64,000 bases of DNA. It comes from a virus. Its lineage: Duplodnaviria > Heunggongvirae > Uroviricota > Caudoviricetes. This document shows, one piece after another, positions 18,008-27,492 of this stretch; position 1 is the first letter of the stretch; the number at the start of each line of letters is the position of its first letter. The notes below the pieces were generated by a model. It saw only the letters and a program-made list of their open reading frames with translations, was not told the origin of the DNA and searched no databases. Location of the stretch: IMG/VR virus record IMGVR_UViG_3300021388_000002; one strand, given 5' to 3'. Made by a program: the position numbers and the translations under genes.

Positions 18008-21000
18008 GTGACCGGCGCCCCCGCGGTCTACGCCGCTGCCGTCGATGCCTACCTGGCGGCCGGCTGGACGTGCGTCATCCCGGTGCCGCCGGAGGCCAAG
18101 TTCCCGCCGCCCGCCGGGTTCACCGGGGCCTCTGGCCGGGACACCGGCCCGGCCGACGTCGCCCGCTGGGTGATGGCCACGCCCGGGGCCTCGATCGCGC
18201 TGCGCCTGCCGGACGGCGTCATCGGCATCGACGTCGATGAGTACGCCAAGGGCGAGGCCGTCAAGCACGGCGCGGCCACGCTCGCGGCGAAGGTGGCGGA
18301 CTGGGGAGAGCTGCCGCCGACCTACAGCTCCACCGCGCGCGGCCCGGGCCAGCCCAGCCGGATCATGCTCTACCGGGTCCCGGCCGGGGTGCGGTTCGCC
18401 TCGGTGCTCGGCCCGGACGTGGAGATCATCCAGCGGCACCACCGCTACGCCGTGGTCGCGCCGTCGCCGCACCACGGGGCCGGGGCGCCGTATGCCTGGT
18501 ACGGCCCGGACGGGGTGGCGCTGGAGCACAAGATCCCGCGGCCGGAGGATCTGGCCGAGCTGCCGCCCGCCTGGGTGACCGGGCTGGCTGAGGGCGCCTC
18601 AGCGGCCGGGCCGGCCTCAGCGGGCCGGGAGGCGGCCGAGGCCCTGCTGGCCGTGATCGCGGACCAGGCCGGGGAGAGCGCCACCACATGCGTGTCCATG
18701 GACCGGGCCCGGCTGGCCGCCATCGGCGCGTGCACCGGGGCCGAGCGGGGCTCGCGCCACGACGCGATGACCGAGCACACCTACGAGGTCATCATGCTGG
18801 CCGCCGAGGGCCACCCGGGCTGCACCGCGGTGCTGGGCGAGCTGGCCGGGCTGTGGAATTCGCTCACGGCAGGGGAGGGCCGTGAGCACGAGTTCTGGGA
18901 GATGCTGACCACCGCGGCGGGCAAGGCGGTGACCAAGCTGGGCGGCCGGGCCGAGCCAGCCGGGTGGGACCCGTGCCTGATGATGAACGCGGTGCCGTAC
19001 GCCGCGCCGACGCCGGATGCCGGGGACGGCATGGCCCCGGACCCGGTGGAGCCGGCCCGGGTGTGGTCGCCGTTCGAGGTCATCGGCACCGAGGTGTTCG
19101 ACCCGGGCGCGGACATGGACGGGCTGCTGGCCCGCGCCGTGCTGCACCGGACCCGGCCGCTGATCCGCTACGCGGCCGACGCCGGCACCTGGATCGCGCG
19201 CGGGCCCATCCACTGGGAGGCCCGCAGCGGCGACCTGGGCAAGTGGGCGGTGGACCTGCTGAGCTGGCTGATGCGGCCCGGTGACCCGGCTGCGGACAAG
19301 GGCACCCCGGCCGAGACCGACGCCCGGCGGCGGGCCCGGTTCACCACCAACGCCAGCGCGAACGCGATCGCGGGCAAGATCAGTGCCCAGGTCGCGGCCG
19401 GGTACCACCCATCCACGGTGGAGCTGGGCGAGCTGGACGGCGAGCACGAGATCCTGTGGGCGGGCGGGCAGCCGTACGACATCCGGCTGAGCGCCGCGCA
19501 CCCGGAGCTGTCCCGGGTCCTGGACCTGGGCACGCCGCACCTGCACAGCGCCGGCGTGGTGCCCGAGACGCGCGAGACCCCGCTGTGGGACGCGTTCGTG
19601 GCCGCGGTCTGGCCCCAGCCGGGGCTGCGCGCCTGGGCCCTGCGAGTGCTGAGCGTGGCGTTCACCGGGTACTCGGACAAGGCGCTGCCCATCCTGCTGG
19701 GCGAGTCCAACACCGGCAAGACCCAGCTCCTGGTCCTGCTCATGTCCGTGCTCGGCAGCTACGCGCACGTGGCCGACGCCCGGCTGCTGGCGCCCGCCGA
19801 CCGCAGCCACGCCTCCATCGTGTACGCGCTGAAGGGCCGCCGGCTGAGCTTCATCGATGAGGCGCCCCGGACCGGGCAGCTGGCCACCGAGCGGCTGAAG
19901 CAGATCACGGGCGGCGCGGAGCTGACCGGCAACCAGATGGGCAAGAACCCGATCACGTTCATGCCCACGCACACGCTGATCCTGACCGCCAACCCCGAGC
20001 ACGAGCCGGTCCTGACCGATGCGGCCATCCGGTCCCGGGTGCGGCTGATCCCGTGCGACGGGAACCAGGCCGAGGTGGCGGCGGCGCGGGCCGCGATCGG
20101 CGCGCTGAGCGGGCCGGCCTGGCGGCGCGAGGCTCCCGGGGTGCTGGCAAAGATGCTGTCAGAAGCAGCCCAGTGGCTCGAACAGCCGCAGACCGCCAGC
20201 AACGCTGAGGCACCCGCCGAGGCAGCCATGGCAGCCGAGGAGGTCCGGGCCTCACAGGACCACGTGCTGGGCTGGCTCGCAGAGGAATGCGAGTCTTCCG
20301 AGCGGGGCACCAAGGGCCGCGAGCTTTACGTGGCGTTCACGGAGAGTTGCCGGCGGATGAACGTCCACCCGTCTGCGATCCCGAGTGAAACCCGGTGGGG
20401 CAGACGCCTCACCGAGCTTGGCTACCCTTCACGCCACACCAATCAGGGCAACATCCGGCAGCTCCGAATCCGGCCTCCGGTGCCGTTCACACCTGGCAGC
20501 TACAGCCCAGCCGCGCCGCACGGCGCTGCAGTCGTCCTGCAGCCCGGTCCAGGTGAAGGGTTGAGGCCTGAAAGTGAAGGGTTGGTGCATGGTTCTGAGG
20601 CCAGCTCTCAACCCTTCACTGAGGGGGAAACCGCAGGTCAAACTATTCACCCAACTATTCACGGTGAAGGGTTGAATAGTACACAGCCTTATATAACACA
20701 TGCGCGCACGCACACGCGCACGCACATGAACGGAGGTGCAAACGACCCTTCACCCCCTTCAACCGTTCACCTGACCCCCCCGCAGCCGGAAACCCCCCTG
20801 ATGCCGGAAGCCCCGGAGGCCGGCGCAGCGTCACCACCGGAGCGTGACGAGCCCGAGCCGGCGCAGCCCGCGAAGAAGGCCCGCAAGGCGCCCGCGAAGA
20901 AGCCGGAGCGGGTCCGGCCGGCTCCGGAGCTGGAGGGCCCGGTGCACCCGCTGCCGGTGATCGTGGCGCGGAACCCGGCGGGCGGTGCGCCCATCGTGGC

Positions 21001-23863
21001 GCCGTGCACGGTGGCCGAGGCAGCTCAGCTGGCCGGGGGCTACCTGGACGCGCTGTGCGTGGACGTGGAGCACTCGGGCTTCCCCATCGCCCACGCGGAT
21101 TACCGGCTGCGCCTGGTCCAGCTCGGCGGCGAGCACGTGGCCGCCGTGTTCGACCCGTCCGATGCGGCGCAGGCGGCTGCGATCGCGGACCTGCTCGGCC
21201 GGGCCCGCAAGCTGCACGCGCACTCGGCCGCGGCCGACCTGGTGCCGCTGGCCCATGCCGGGCTCGGTGACGCCGATGAGATGTGGGCGAAGATGGAGGA
21301 CTCGGTGCTGGTGACCAAGCTGGGCGATCCCAGCCTGGCCGGGTCGGACGAGAACGAGCTGAAGCGGCTGGCCGCCGGGCTGCTCGGGGACTACGCCGTC
21401 AGTCCCGCCGCGGAGAAGGCCAAGAACGAGCTGTTCAAAGACGGCCGGTGGCTGATCGAGACCAAGGCCATGACCCCGCGGGAGAAGTCCGGGTGGGCCA
21501 TGGTGAAGCCCGGGTGCGAGACGTTCGCCCGGTACGCCGGGTCCGACGTGCTGGACCTGGCCGCCGTGATCCGCACGCTGCCCCGGCCGGATGAGGCCAT
21601 CCTGGAGCGCGAGCGCACCTTCCAGGCCATGTGCGCCCGGGTCGCGCACACCGGGTTCCGGCTGCGCCCTGATCACATCCGGGCCAAGATCGCCGAGTTC
21701 GCCGGGCTCCGGGACGCCGCCCAGCGCCGGGTGCACGAGCTGTGCCCGGACATCATCAACCCGTCCAGCTCCCGGGAGGTCCCGGCCGCGCTGGCCGCCA
21801 TGGGCGTGCCGCTCGGGCTGACCAGGGAAGGCAACCCCTCGGCGTCCAAGGAAAACCTGGAGCTGCTGGCGAAGCAGAAGGATTACCCCCACGCGGAGCT
21901 GCTGGCCCAGATCCTTCAGTACCGGCACTGCGTGACCACGCTCGGGCTGCTGCTGGAGCCACTGAACGTGCTGTGCGAGCGGGGCGACGGACGGATGCGC
22001 CCGGTGGTCTACACGATCAACGCGGACACCGGGCGGACCAGCTGCGTGCGGCCAAACGGTCAGCAGTTCTCCCGGCAGGGCGGCATCCGGGCCTGCGTCG
22101 GCGCCGATCCCGGCATGATCGGCATCAGCGCCGACTTCTCCGGCGTGGAGATCCGGGTCGGGGCCGCGCTGAGCGGCGACATGGACCTGCTCGCCGCCGA
22201 GCTGTCCACCCGGTGCCAGGCGTGCGGGCAGGACCCGTGCGACATGACCGCCTGCGGGAAGAACCAGAAGGGGCTGCACTGGATGGCGGCCCGGATGGCA
22301 TTCGGCCCGGACGCGACCAAGGAAGGCCGCTACAACTCCAAGCGGATCATCTTCTGCGTGCCCGAGGACGGCACCGAGATCCTGACCCGGCGCGGCTGGC
22401 TGGCTCACGATCAGGTCCGGGCAGGCGATGAGACGCTGGGCCGGAATCCCGGAACCGGCTTGCTGGAGTGGACCCCAGTTACGGGTGTCCAGCACTTTGG
22501 TGAGGCTGAGCTGGTGCGGATCGCGAATAAGGATTCCGGCTGGGAGGCCGTGGTCACGCCTGGGCATCGCTGGGCGACTAGCAAGCGCCGTGATGGGGGC
22601 AGCCGCGGCCGGTATTTCGCTGAGGGGATGACTGAGACTCAGGATCTCAGCTGCGAGCACTCGCTGATCCTGGGTGCGCTCGCGGCAACGCCGGAGCAGC
22701 TGCCCATCACCCCGGCTGAGGCTGCGCTGATCGCCTGGGCCTATACGGACGGGCACGTGTTCCAGTCCCCGCTGACCGGGCGCACAAGCCAGGGCCGGGA
22801 TGGACGGCGCCGTAAGCTGCAGGTCAGTATCGCCCAGGCCAAGCCCGCTGGCGTTCACGCGCTGGAGAAGGTCCTGGCGGACTGCGGCGCTGATTTCGCA
22901 CGAGACGACAAGCCGCTGGATGGCAAGGACAAGCGCACGATGCCATCCTCGGTCTGGCGGCTCCGGACTGAATACGCCCGGGAACTGTGGGGCCGGGCTG
23001 GCCTGCTTGCCGTTGCGGGCAAGAACCTGCCCGGATTCGCGCTGGAGCAGTTTGTCCTGCGGCTGGGCACGGAACAGCGCGGCGCGTTCTTTCAGGCCTG
23101 CATGGATGCCGAAGGTTACCGGGATAGCAGGACAGGAGCCCCGCGCATCTCCCAGAATGCGGGGCCAGTCCTGGACGCTATCAAGCTGGCTGCAACCCTG
23201 GAGGGCTACTACGTCCGGGAACACGTGACGCGGTTTGCGCTCGGGACTGCCCCGCATAGCGTGCTCGTGCTGTCGCGCCCGCGGGTGGGCGGGACCAGGC
23301 TGCGTAAGGAACCGGCTGGGTCAGCGCCGGTCTGGTGCGTGACAACAGGGCACGGCACCTGGCTGATGCGCCAGAACGGCCGGATCATGCTTACCGGCAA
23401 CTCCAAGATGTTCGGCGGCGGCCCGAAGTCCGGTGCCGCCCAGGTCGGCCTGCCGCTGGCGGCGGGCATCGCGGTGCACAACGCGTTCGAGCAGATTGCC
23501 CCGGGCTTCGCCGAGTGGGACCGGCAGATGCGGGCCTACCTGGAGGCAGGCAACCGCGGGTTCACTGCCTACTCGGGCCGGACCATCTGGCTGCCTCGCG
23601 GCCGGAGCCACGCGGCCGGGAACTACGCCATCCAGGGCACCGCCCGGGAGATCCTGGTGGACGGCGTGCTGAAGTGGGGTCAGACCCGCTGGGGCGCCTA
23701 TCCGCTGCTGCCGATCCACGATGAAGTTCTCACGTTCGTGCCCGTGGCCGAGGCCGCCGAGGCGCTGGAGACGCTGAAGGCCTGCATGGCCAACGAGCTG
23801 TACGGCGTGCCGATCGTGGCCGCCGCCGACGAGCCGTTCGAGTTCTGGCCGGACAGCTCATGA
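18008..23863 (+). CDS. giant replication fusion protein: primase-polymerase + P4/D5-type SF3 helicase + 3'-5' exonuclease + family-A DNA polymerase (intein-interrupted)
   Basis: IGIDVDEY prim-pol; LLGESNTGKTQ Walker A; CVDVEHSGF exo I; ADFSGVEIRV motif A; PIHDEVL motif C; continuous 1951-codon frame. Confidence 0.75.
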   Translation: MTGAPAVYAAAVDAYLAAGWTCVIPVPPEAKFPPPAGFTGASGRDTGPADVARWVMATPGASIALRLPDGVIGIDVDEYAKGEAVKHGAATLAAKVADWGELPPTYSSTARGPGQPSRIMLYRVPAGVRFASVLGPDVEIIQRHHRYAVVAPSPHHGAGAPYAWYGPDGVALEHKIPRPEDLAELPPAWVTGLAEGASAAGPASAGREAAEALLAVIADQAGESATTCVSMDRARLAAIGACTGAERGSRHDAMTEHTYEVIMLAAEGHPGCTAVLGELAGLWNSLTAGEGREHEFWEMLTTAAGKAVTKLGGRAEPAGWDPCLMMNAVPYAAPTPDAGDGMAPDPVEPARVWSPFEVIGTEVFDPGADMDGLLARAVLHRTRPLIRYAADAGTWIARGPIHWEARSGDLGKWAVDLLSWLMRPGDPAADKGTPAETDARRRARFTTNASANAIAGKISAQVAAGYHPSTVELGELDGEHEILWAGGQPYDIRLSAAHPELSRVLDLGTPHLHSAGVVPETRETPLWDAFVAAVWPQPGLRAWALRVLSVAFTGYSDKALPILLGESNTGKTQLLVLLMSVLGSYAHVADARLLAPADRSHASIVYALKGRRLSFIDEAPRTGQLATERLKQITGGAELTGNQMGKNPITFMPTHTLILTANPEHEPVLTDAAIRSRVRLIPCDGNQAEVAAARAAIGALSGPAWRREAPGVLAKMLSEAAQWLEQPQTASNAEAPAEAAMAAEEVRASQDHVLGWLAEECESSERGTKGRELYVAFTESCRRMNVHPSAIPSETRWGRRLTELGYPSRHTNQGNIRQLRIRPPVPFTPGSYSPAAPHGAAVVLQPGPGEGLRPESEGLVHGSEASSQPFTEGETAGQTIHPTIHGEGLNSTQPYITHARTHTRTHMNGGANDPSPPSTVHLTPPQPETPLMPEAPEAGAASPPERDEPEPAQPAKKARKAPAKKPERVRPAPELEGPVHPLPVIVARNPAGGAPIVAPCTVAEAAQLAGGYLDALCVDVEHSGFPIAHADYRLRLVQLGGEHVAAVFDPSDAAQAAAIADLLGRARKLHAHSAAADLVPLAHAGLGDADEMWAKMEDSVLVTKLGDPSLAGSDENELKRLAAGLLGDYAVSPAAEKAKNELFKDGRWLIETKAMTPREKSGWAMVKPGCETFARYAGSDVLDLAAVIRTLPRPDEAILERERTFQAMCARVAHTGFRLRPDHIRAKIAEFAGLRDAAQRRVHELCPDIINPSSSREVPAALAAMGVPLGLTREGNPSASKENLELLAKQKDYPHAELLAQILQYRHCVTTLGLLLEPLNVLCERGDGRMRPVVYTINADTGRTSCVRPNGQQFSRQGGIRACVGADPGMIGISADFSGVEIRVGAALSGDMDLLAAELSTRCQACGQDPCDMTACGKNQKGLHWMAARMAFGPDATKEGRYNSKRIIFCVPEDGTEILTRRGWLAHDQVRAGDETLGRNPGTGLLEWTPVTGVQHFGEAELVRIANKDSGWEAVVTPGHRWATSKRRDGGSRGRYFAEGMTETQDLSCEHSLILGALAATPEQLPITPAEAALIAWAYTDGHVFQSPLTGRTSQGRDGRRRKLQVSIAQAKPAGVHALEKVLADCGADFARDDKPLDGKDKRTMPSSVWRLRTEYARELWGRAGLLAVAGKNLPGFALEQFVLRLGTEQRGAFFQACMDAEGYRDSRTGAPRISQNAGPVLDAIKLAATLEGYYVREHVTRFALGTAPHSVLVLSRPRVGGTRLRKEPAGSAPVWCVTTGHGTWLMRQNGRIMLTGNSKMFGGGPKSGAAQVGLPLAAGIAVHNAFEQIAPGFAEWDRQMRAYLEAGNRGFTAYSGRTIWLPRGRSHAAGNYAIQGTAREILVDGVLKWGQTRWGAYPLLPIHDEVLTFVPVAEAAEALETLKACMANELYGVPIVAAADEPFEFWPDSS
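20540..20780. promoter_or_regulatory. candidate replication origin-like island inside the replication gene linker
   Basis: local GC drop; GTGAAGGGTTG x3 direct, CAACCCTTCAC inverted, CAACTATTCAC x2; 32-nt alternating Pu/Py tract 20697-20728; TTATATAAC. Confidence 0.35.
22355..23401 (+). mobile_element. intein (349 aa) inside polymerase domain, with homing endonuclease-like middle
   Basis: CVPEDGTEILTRRG start after ...KRIIF; ends ...IMLTGN followed by Ser; in frame. Confidence 0.65.
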
Positions 23864-24015
23864 CCGCCCCTGCCTGGCCCGCCGACTGGCACCGTGAGGC
23901 GCTGATCCGCCCGGACCGGTACCTGGCCATGCGCCGGCTGGTGTGCCTGATCTGCCGCAAGGATCACGTCACCACAGACTGCCCGCAACTTCACCGCAGG
24001 AAGGACACCACATGA
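23860..24015 (+). CDS. small hypothetical protein (51 aa)
   Basis: ATGA overlaps on both sides, high GC3. Confidence 0.35.
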   Translation: MTAPAWPADWHREALIRPDRYLAMRRLVCLICRKDHVTTDCPQLHRRKDTT

Positions 24016-24512
24016 CACTGAGCACCACACGGGCGATCACCGCGGGTAGCAGGCACCGCCGCTGGGGATTCCTGTCCGGTATCGATATCGGTGCGGACGG
24101 TGACCCGTACCTGGACCGGCTCCGGCTGGTGGAGACGCCCTGGCTCGCGCTGTACGTTCATCACATCCACCGGCCGGATAAGGACCCCGACCCGCATGAC
24201 CGTCCCTGGGCGTTCGCCTCGCTCGTCCTGTACGGCGGGTATGCCGAGCGTGTCTGGCCGGATAAGCACGACGCAAGCCAGAGCTTCAGCCGGGACAGGG
24301 CCCGGTTTTCTGCCGCCCGCACTCCCCGTGGCGCCGCGCATATCATCACCGCGATCAGCAGGCCCCTGTGGACGCTGGTCCTCACCGGGCCGCGCCGTGG
24401 CGAGTGGGGGTTCTGGCCGGGCGGGCGCTTCGTTCACTGGCAGGACTACACCGGCCCGGATAACGGCGTGACAGCTTGCCAGCGTGGCCGGCACGGCAGG
24501 AAGGGTGCATGA
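24012..24512 (+). CDS. hypothetical protein (His-rich motif HHIHRPDKDPDPHD)
   Basis: ORF track frame, start at MTLSTT. Confidence 0.45.
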   Translation: MTLSTTRAITAGSRHRRWGFLSGIDIGADGDPYLDRLRLVETPWLALYVHHIHRPDKDPDPHDRPWAFASLVLYGGYAERVWPDKHDASQSFSRDRARFSAARTPRGAAHIITAISRPLWTLVLTGPRRGEWGFWPGGRFVHWQDYTGPDNGVTACQRGRHGRKGA

Positions 24513-25192
24513 CGATCACACCCGTCCCGCGCCTGGAGCCTGCCGGGGAAGACGGCAGCCTGGCCCGCACGGCGGCGCTTGCTGATGCGGTCCAGGCCCT
24601 GGCCCGGTATGCGCTGCAGTTCGGCCGGATCGACCGGACCGCCTGCCTGCATCCTGATGGCGGCATGCGCGAGTCAGATACTGACCACACGGTGATGCTG
24701 AGGTGGATCGCCCCGGCGCTCGCCGACCGGTGCTGCCCGGACCTGCCCAGCGGCGATGTTGCCGCGTTCGCGCTGGTTCACGATGCGGTTGAGGTATTCG
24801 CTGGCGACACGCAGCCCCTGCGGATCGATGCAGACGGGCTGGCCGCCAAGAAGGCCCGCGAAGCTGCCGCGGCCGGCCGGTGGCGCGCCGAGTTCGGCGG
24901 CAGCCTGCCGTGGCTCCCGGCGATGATCGGCCGGTACGAGGCACAGCACGAGCCCGCGGCCCGGTTCGTCCGCGCCCTGGACAAGATCATGCCCAAGCTG
25001 GTGCATATCCTGAACGGCTGCGCGGACCTGATCGCATTCGGCGTCACCATGGACGAGCTGGACGGCTTGTTCTGCCGCCAGCGTGCCGACATCGCCACGT
25101 ACGCGAGTGAGTTCCGTGCCCTGATGGACCTGTACGACGAGACCACCGTGCGGGTTCTTGAGGCGCTGCGAGCCCGGGAGGGCGCCGCATGA
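24509..25192 (+). CDS. HD-domain phosphohydrolase
   Basis: ESDTDHTVML ... LVHDAVEVFAGD (H..HD..D). Confidence 0.65.
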   Translation: MTITPVPRLEPAGEDGSLARTAALADAVQALARYALQFGRIDRTACLHPDGGMRESDTDHTVMLRWIAPALADRCCPDLPSGDVAAFALVHDAVEVFAGDTQPLRIDADGLAAKKAREAAAAGRWRAEFGGSLPWLPAMIGRYEAQHEPAARFVRALDKIMPKLVHILNGCADLIAFGVTMDELDGLFCRQRADIATYASEFRALMDLYDETTVRVLEALRAREGAA

Positions 25193-25644
25193 TCACACCC
25201 GTCCCGCGCTGGACCCGGGCCGGCGAGGGCGACCCGCCGTCCGCCTGGACGCGTGCCCGGTTCCGGGAGCGCCGCATCCCGCCCGCCCGCCGCCAGCCGC
25301 GCTCCCAGGTGCCCCGGCCGGGGCTGTCCCCGATCGAGCAGAAGTTCTGGGACGCGCACCTGCGGCTGGCGCTGCCCGTGCTGTCCGGGCTGGTGGCCCA
25401 GCACCCGGCAGGCCGCTACCGGCTGGACTTCGCGCTGCCTGCGCACCGGATCGGCATTGAGCTGGACGGCCACGCCACCCATTCCAGTACCGCGGCGATC
25501 GCCCGGGACCGGCAGCGCCAGCGCGCCCTGGAAGCCCGCGGCTGGCACGTCATCCGGTTCGGCGGCGCCGAGGTGCACCGCGATGCGGACGGCTGCGTCC
25601 GCCAGGCCGCCGCGCTGATCCAGCGCCGGATCACCCGTCACTGA
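25189..25644 (+). CDS. DUF559 / Vsr-like endonuclease domain protein
   Basis: RLDFALP..IGIELDGHATHS...RDRQRQRALEARGWHVIRF. Confidence 0.65.
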   Translation: MITPVPRWTRAGEGDPPSAWTRARFRERRIPPARRQPRSQVPRPGLSPIEQKFWDAHLRLALPVLSGLVAQHPAGRYRLDFALPAHRIGIELDGHATHSSTAAIARDRQRQRALEARGWHVIRFGGAEVHRDADGCVRQAAALIQRRITRH

Positions 25645-25674
25645 CCGCAGACAGCAGCAAGCCCAGGAGGGATC

Positions 25675-25848
25675 ATGACCATGATCAGCCCTGAGACCGC
25701 CCCGCCCACCCTGGTCTACGCCGCCACCTGGGCGCAGGTCCCGGACAAGTGCGCGTGCCGGTACCGCGCCCGGTCCGGGGAGGACGGCTGGGAGCGCATC
25801 TCGGCCCACCCCGGCTGCCCCGCCGATCACGGGGAGGCAGCGCGATGA
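25675..25848 (+). CDS. small hypothetical protein (57 aa)
   Basis: CCCAGGAGGGATC ATG. Confidence 0.35.
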   Translation: MTMISPETAPPTLVYAATWAQVPDKCACRYRARSGEDGWERISAHPGCPADHGEAAR

Positions 25849-26093
25849 TGCCCACGCCCCCGAAGCTCACGAACGAGGAGATCCTGGCGCAGGCAGGCGT
25901 GACCCGGGAGAAGCTGGGCGAGTCGGTGCGCCGGGAATGGGCCGCCTGGGCGCGTGAGCAGCCTGACGTGGCTGAGCACCCGCACTGGCTCATGCCCTGG
26001 GCCGAGCTGGCCGAGCGGGACCGCGAGGTGGACCGCCGGATCGGTGAGCGGCTGTTCTGCGCGGGCTGGCGGATGCGGGTGTGGCTGCCATGA
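25845..26093 (+). CDS. hypothetical protein
   Basis: ATGA coupling. Confidence 0.4.
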   Translation: MMPTPPKLTNEEILAQAGVTREKLGESVRREWAAWAREQPDVAEHPHWLMPWAELAERDREVDRRIGERLFCAGWRMRVWLP

Positions 26094-26425
26094 GCATGCA
26101 CTACCTGGTGCCCGGGACGCCCGTGCTGGACCGCTCCGCGGTCACGCCCCGGGTGATGGCCGCGTGCGCCGACTGCGGGCAGGTCCGTCCGATCATCGCC
26201 CGGCGCCTGTGCCGCACCTGGTGCTACGACCGCAACCGCCGGGCCGGCACGCTGGGACGGTACCCGACCGGGCTGGCCGTCCGGCTGGAGGAGTACGCCG
26301 GGCTGCGCGCGGCTCACTGGGGCGTCCTGGAGATCTGCGCGGCGCTGGGCATCAGCCTGCGCACCGCCCGGCGGTACGACGCCCGGCTCCGGGAATCAGG
26401 TACACTGGCATTATGGCGAACGTAG
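26090..26425 (+). CDS. hypothetical HTH-like protein
   Basis: C-terminal GISLRTARRYDARL. Confidence 0.4.
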   Translation: MSMHYLVPGTPVLDRSAVTPRVMAACADCGQVRPIIARRLCRTWCYDRNRRAGTLGRYPTGLAVRLEEYAGLRAAHWGVLEICAALGISLRTARRYDARLRESGTLALWRT

Positions 26426-26658
26426 CACTTCCCAAGGGAGAGATCGTGGTGGACGCCCGCGGCCGGACATCACTGGCCCGGGTCCGCGACCAGGAGTTCA
26501 CCCGGTACCTGGTGGACGAGCACGCGGACGGCACGCTCGTGCTCACCCCGGCGATCGTTGTGACTCCGGCCGAGCTGGACCGGCTGCGGGCGGGGGAGCC
26601 GCTGGCTGGGGGCATGCTGACCGAGCGCACGCTGGCTGAGCTGAAGGACCCGGAATGA
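26413..26658 (+). CDS. AbrB/SpoVT-like swapped-hairpin domain protein
   Basis: VVDARGRTSLARVRD. Confidence 0.45.
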   Translation: MANVALPKGEIVVDARGRTSLARVRDQEFTRYLVDEHADGTLVLTPAIVVTPAELDRLRAGEPLAGGMLTERTLAELKDPE

Positions 26659-26789
26659 CCTGGCTGCAGTGGCTGGAGGGCATGCCCTGGTGGGTCACCG
26701 CGGTGCCCTGGGTCATCCTGGCGCTGCTCATCGCGTTCTGCTGGGACGGCTGGTCCTGGTGGCATTTCCACGGGGAGGACCCGGGATGA
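26655..26789 (+). CDS. small single-TM protein (44 aa), Trp-rich
   Basis: ATGA coupling, high GC3. Confidence 0.35.
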   Translation: MTWLQWLEGMPWWVTAVPWVILALLIAFCWDGWSWWHFHGEDPG

Positions 26790-27334
26790 GAACCCAGAGC
26801 GCCATCCCCCGCAACTACGATGACTTCCCGGTCAGCGAGGCGGTGCTGAGCGATGACCTCGTGTACCGGTACACGCTGGACCGCCGCTGGGCCTGGGATG
26901 GCCCGGTCATGGTGTGGATCGGGCTGAACCCGAGCACGGCTGATCATCAGGCCGACGACCCGACCATCCGGCGGATGTGCGGGTTTGCCCGCCGGGAGGG
27001 CTGCCGCGGGATCTGCGTGCTCAACCTGTACGCGCTGCGCGCCACCGACCCGCGTGAGCTGGCCCGGCACCCGGACCCGGTGGGGCCGGAGAACGATGAC
27101 TGGCTAGCCGGGGTGGGCATCGCCGCGGACGGCCCGGTGGTCGCCGCGTGGGGCGCGCACCCGTTCGCAGCCCGGCGCGAGCAGGCCGTGACCCAGCTGC
27201 TGGCGCTGGCTGGCGTGACTCAGCTGATGTGCCTGGGCATGACCGGCCAGGGCTACCCGAATCACCCGCTGTATCTGCGCGCCGATGCGCCGCTGGTGCC
27301 CTGGGAGCCAGCCGAAGCGGACCGGTGGCCATGA
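26786..27334 (+). CDS. DUF1643 family protein
   Basis: WIGLNPSTADHQADDPTIRRMCGFAR...CVLNLYALRATDP. Confidence 0.6.
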   Translation: MRTQSAIPRNYDDFPVSEAVLSDDLVYRYTLDRRWAWDGPVMVWIGLNPSTADHQADDPTIRRMCGFARREGCRGICVLNLYALRATDPRELARHPDPVGPENDDWLAGVGIAADGPVVAAWGAHPFAARREQAVTQLLALAGVTQLMCLGMTGQGYPNHPLYLRADAPLVPWEPAEADRWP

Positions 27335-27492
27335 GCGGCGTACTGGCATGGCTGCGGGCCTGGCGGGCGTCCCGGCCAGCTCCGCAGGAACGGTGCATCT
27401 GCTGGTATGACGGGGACGGCGGCCCATACGGCCTGCCGCACTGGGTGATCTCGCCCAGCTGCCCGCAGCACGGGCGGGAGGTGCTGCGATGA
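27331..27492 (+). CDS. small hypothetical protein
   Basis: ATGA coupling. Confidence 0.3.
   Translation: MSGVLAWLRAWRASRPAPQERCICWYDGDGGPYGLPHWVISPSCPQHGREVLR

Noticed and set aside
18617-23257. Long minus ORFs (461 aa, 808 aa and others) antisense to the replication gene
   Set aside because: Shadow ORFs opposite a motif-supported 1951-aa gene; Arg/Gly/Pro-rich.
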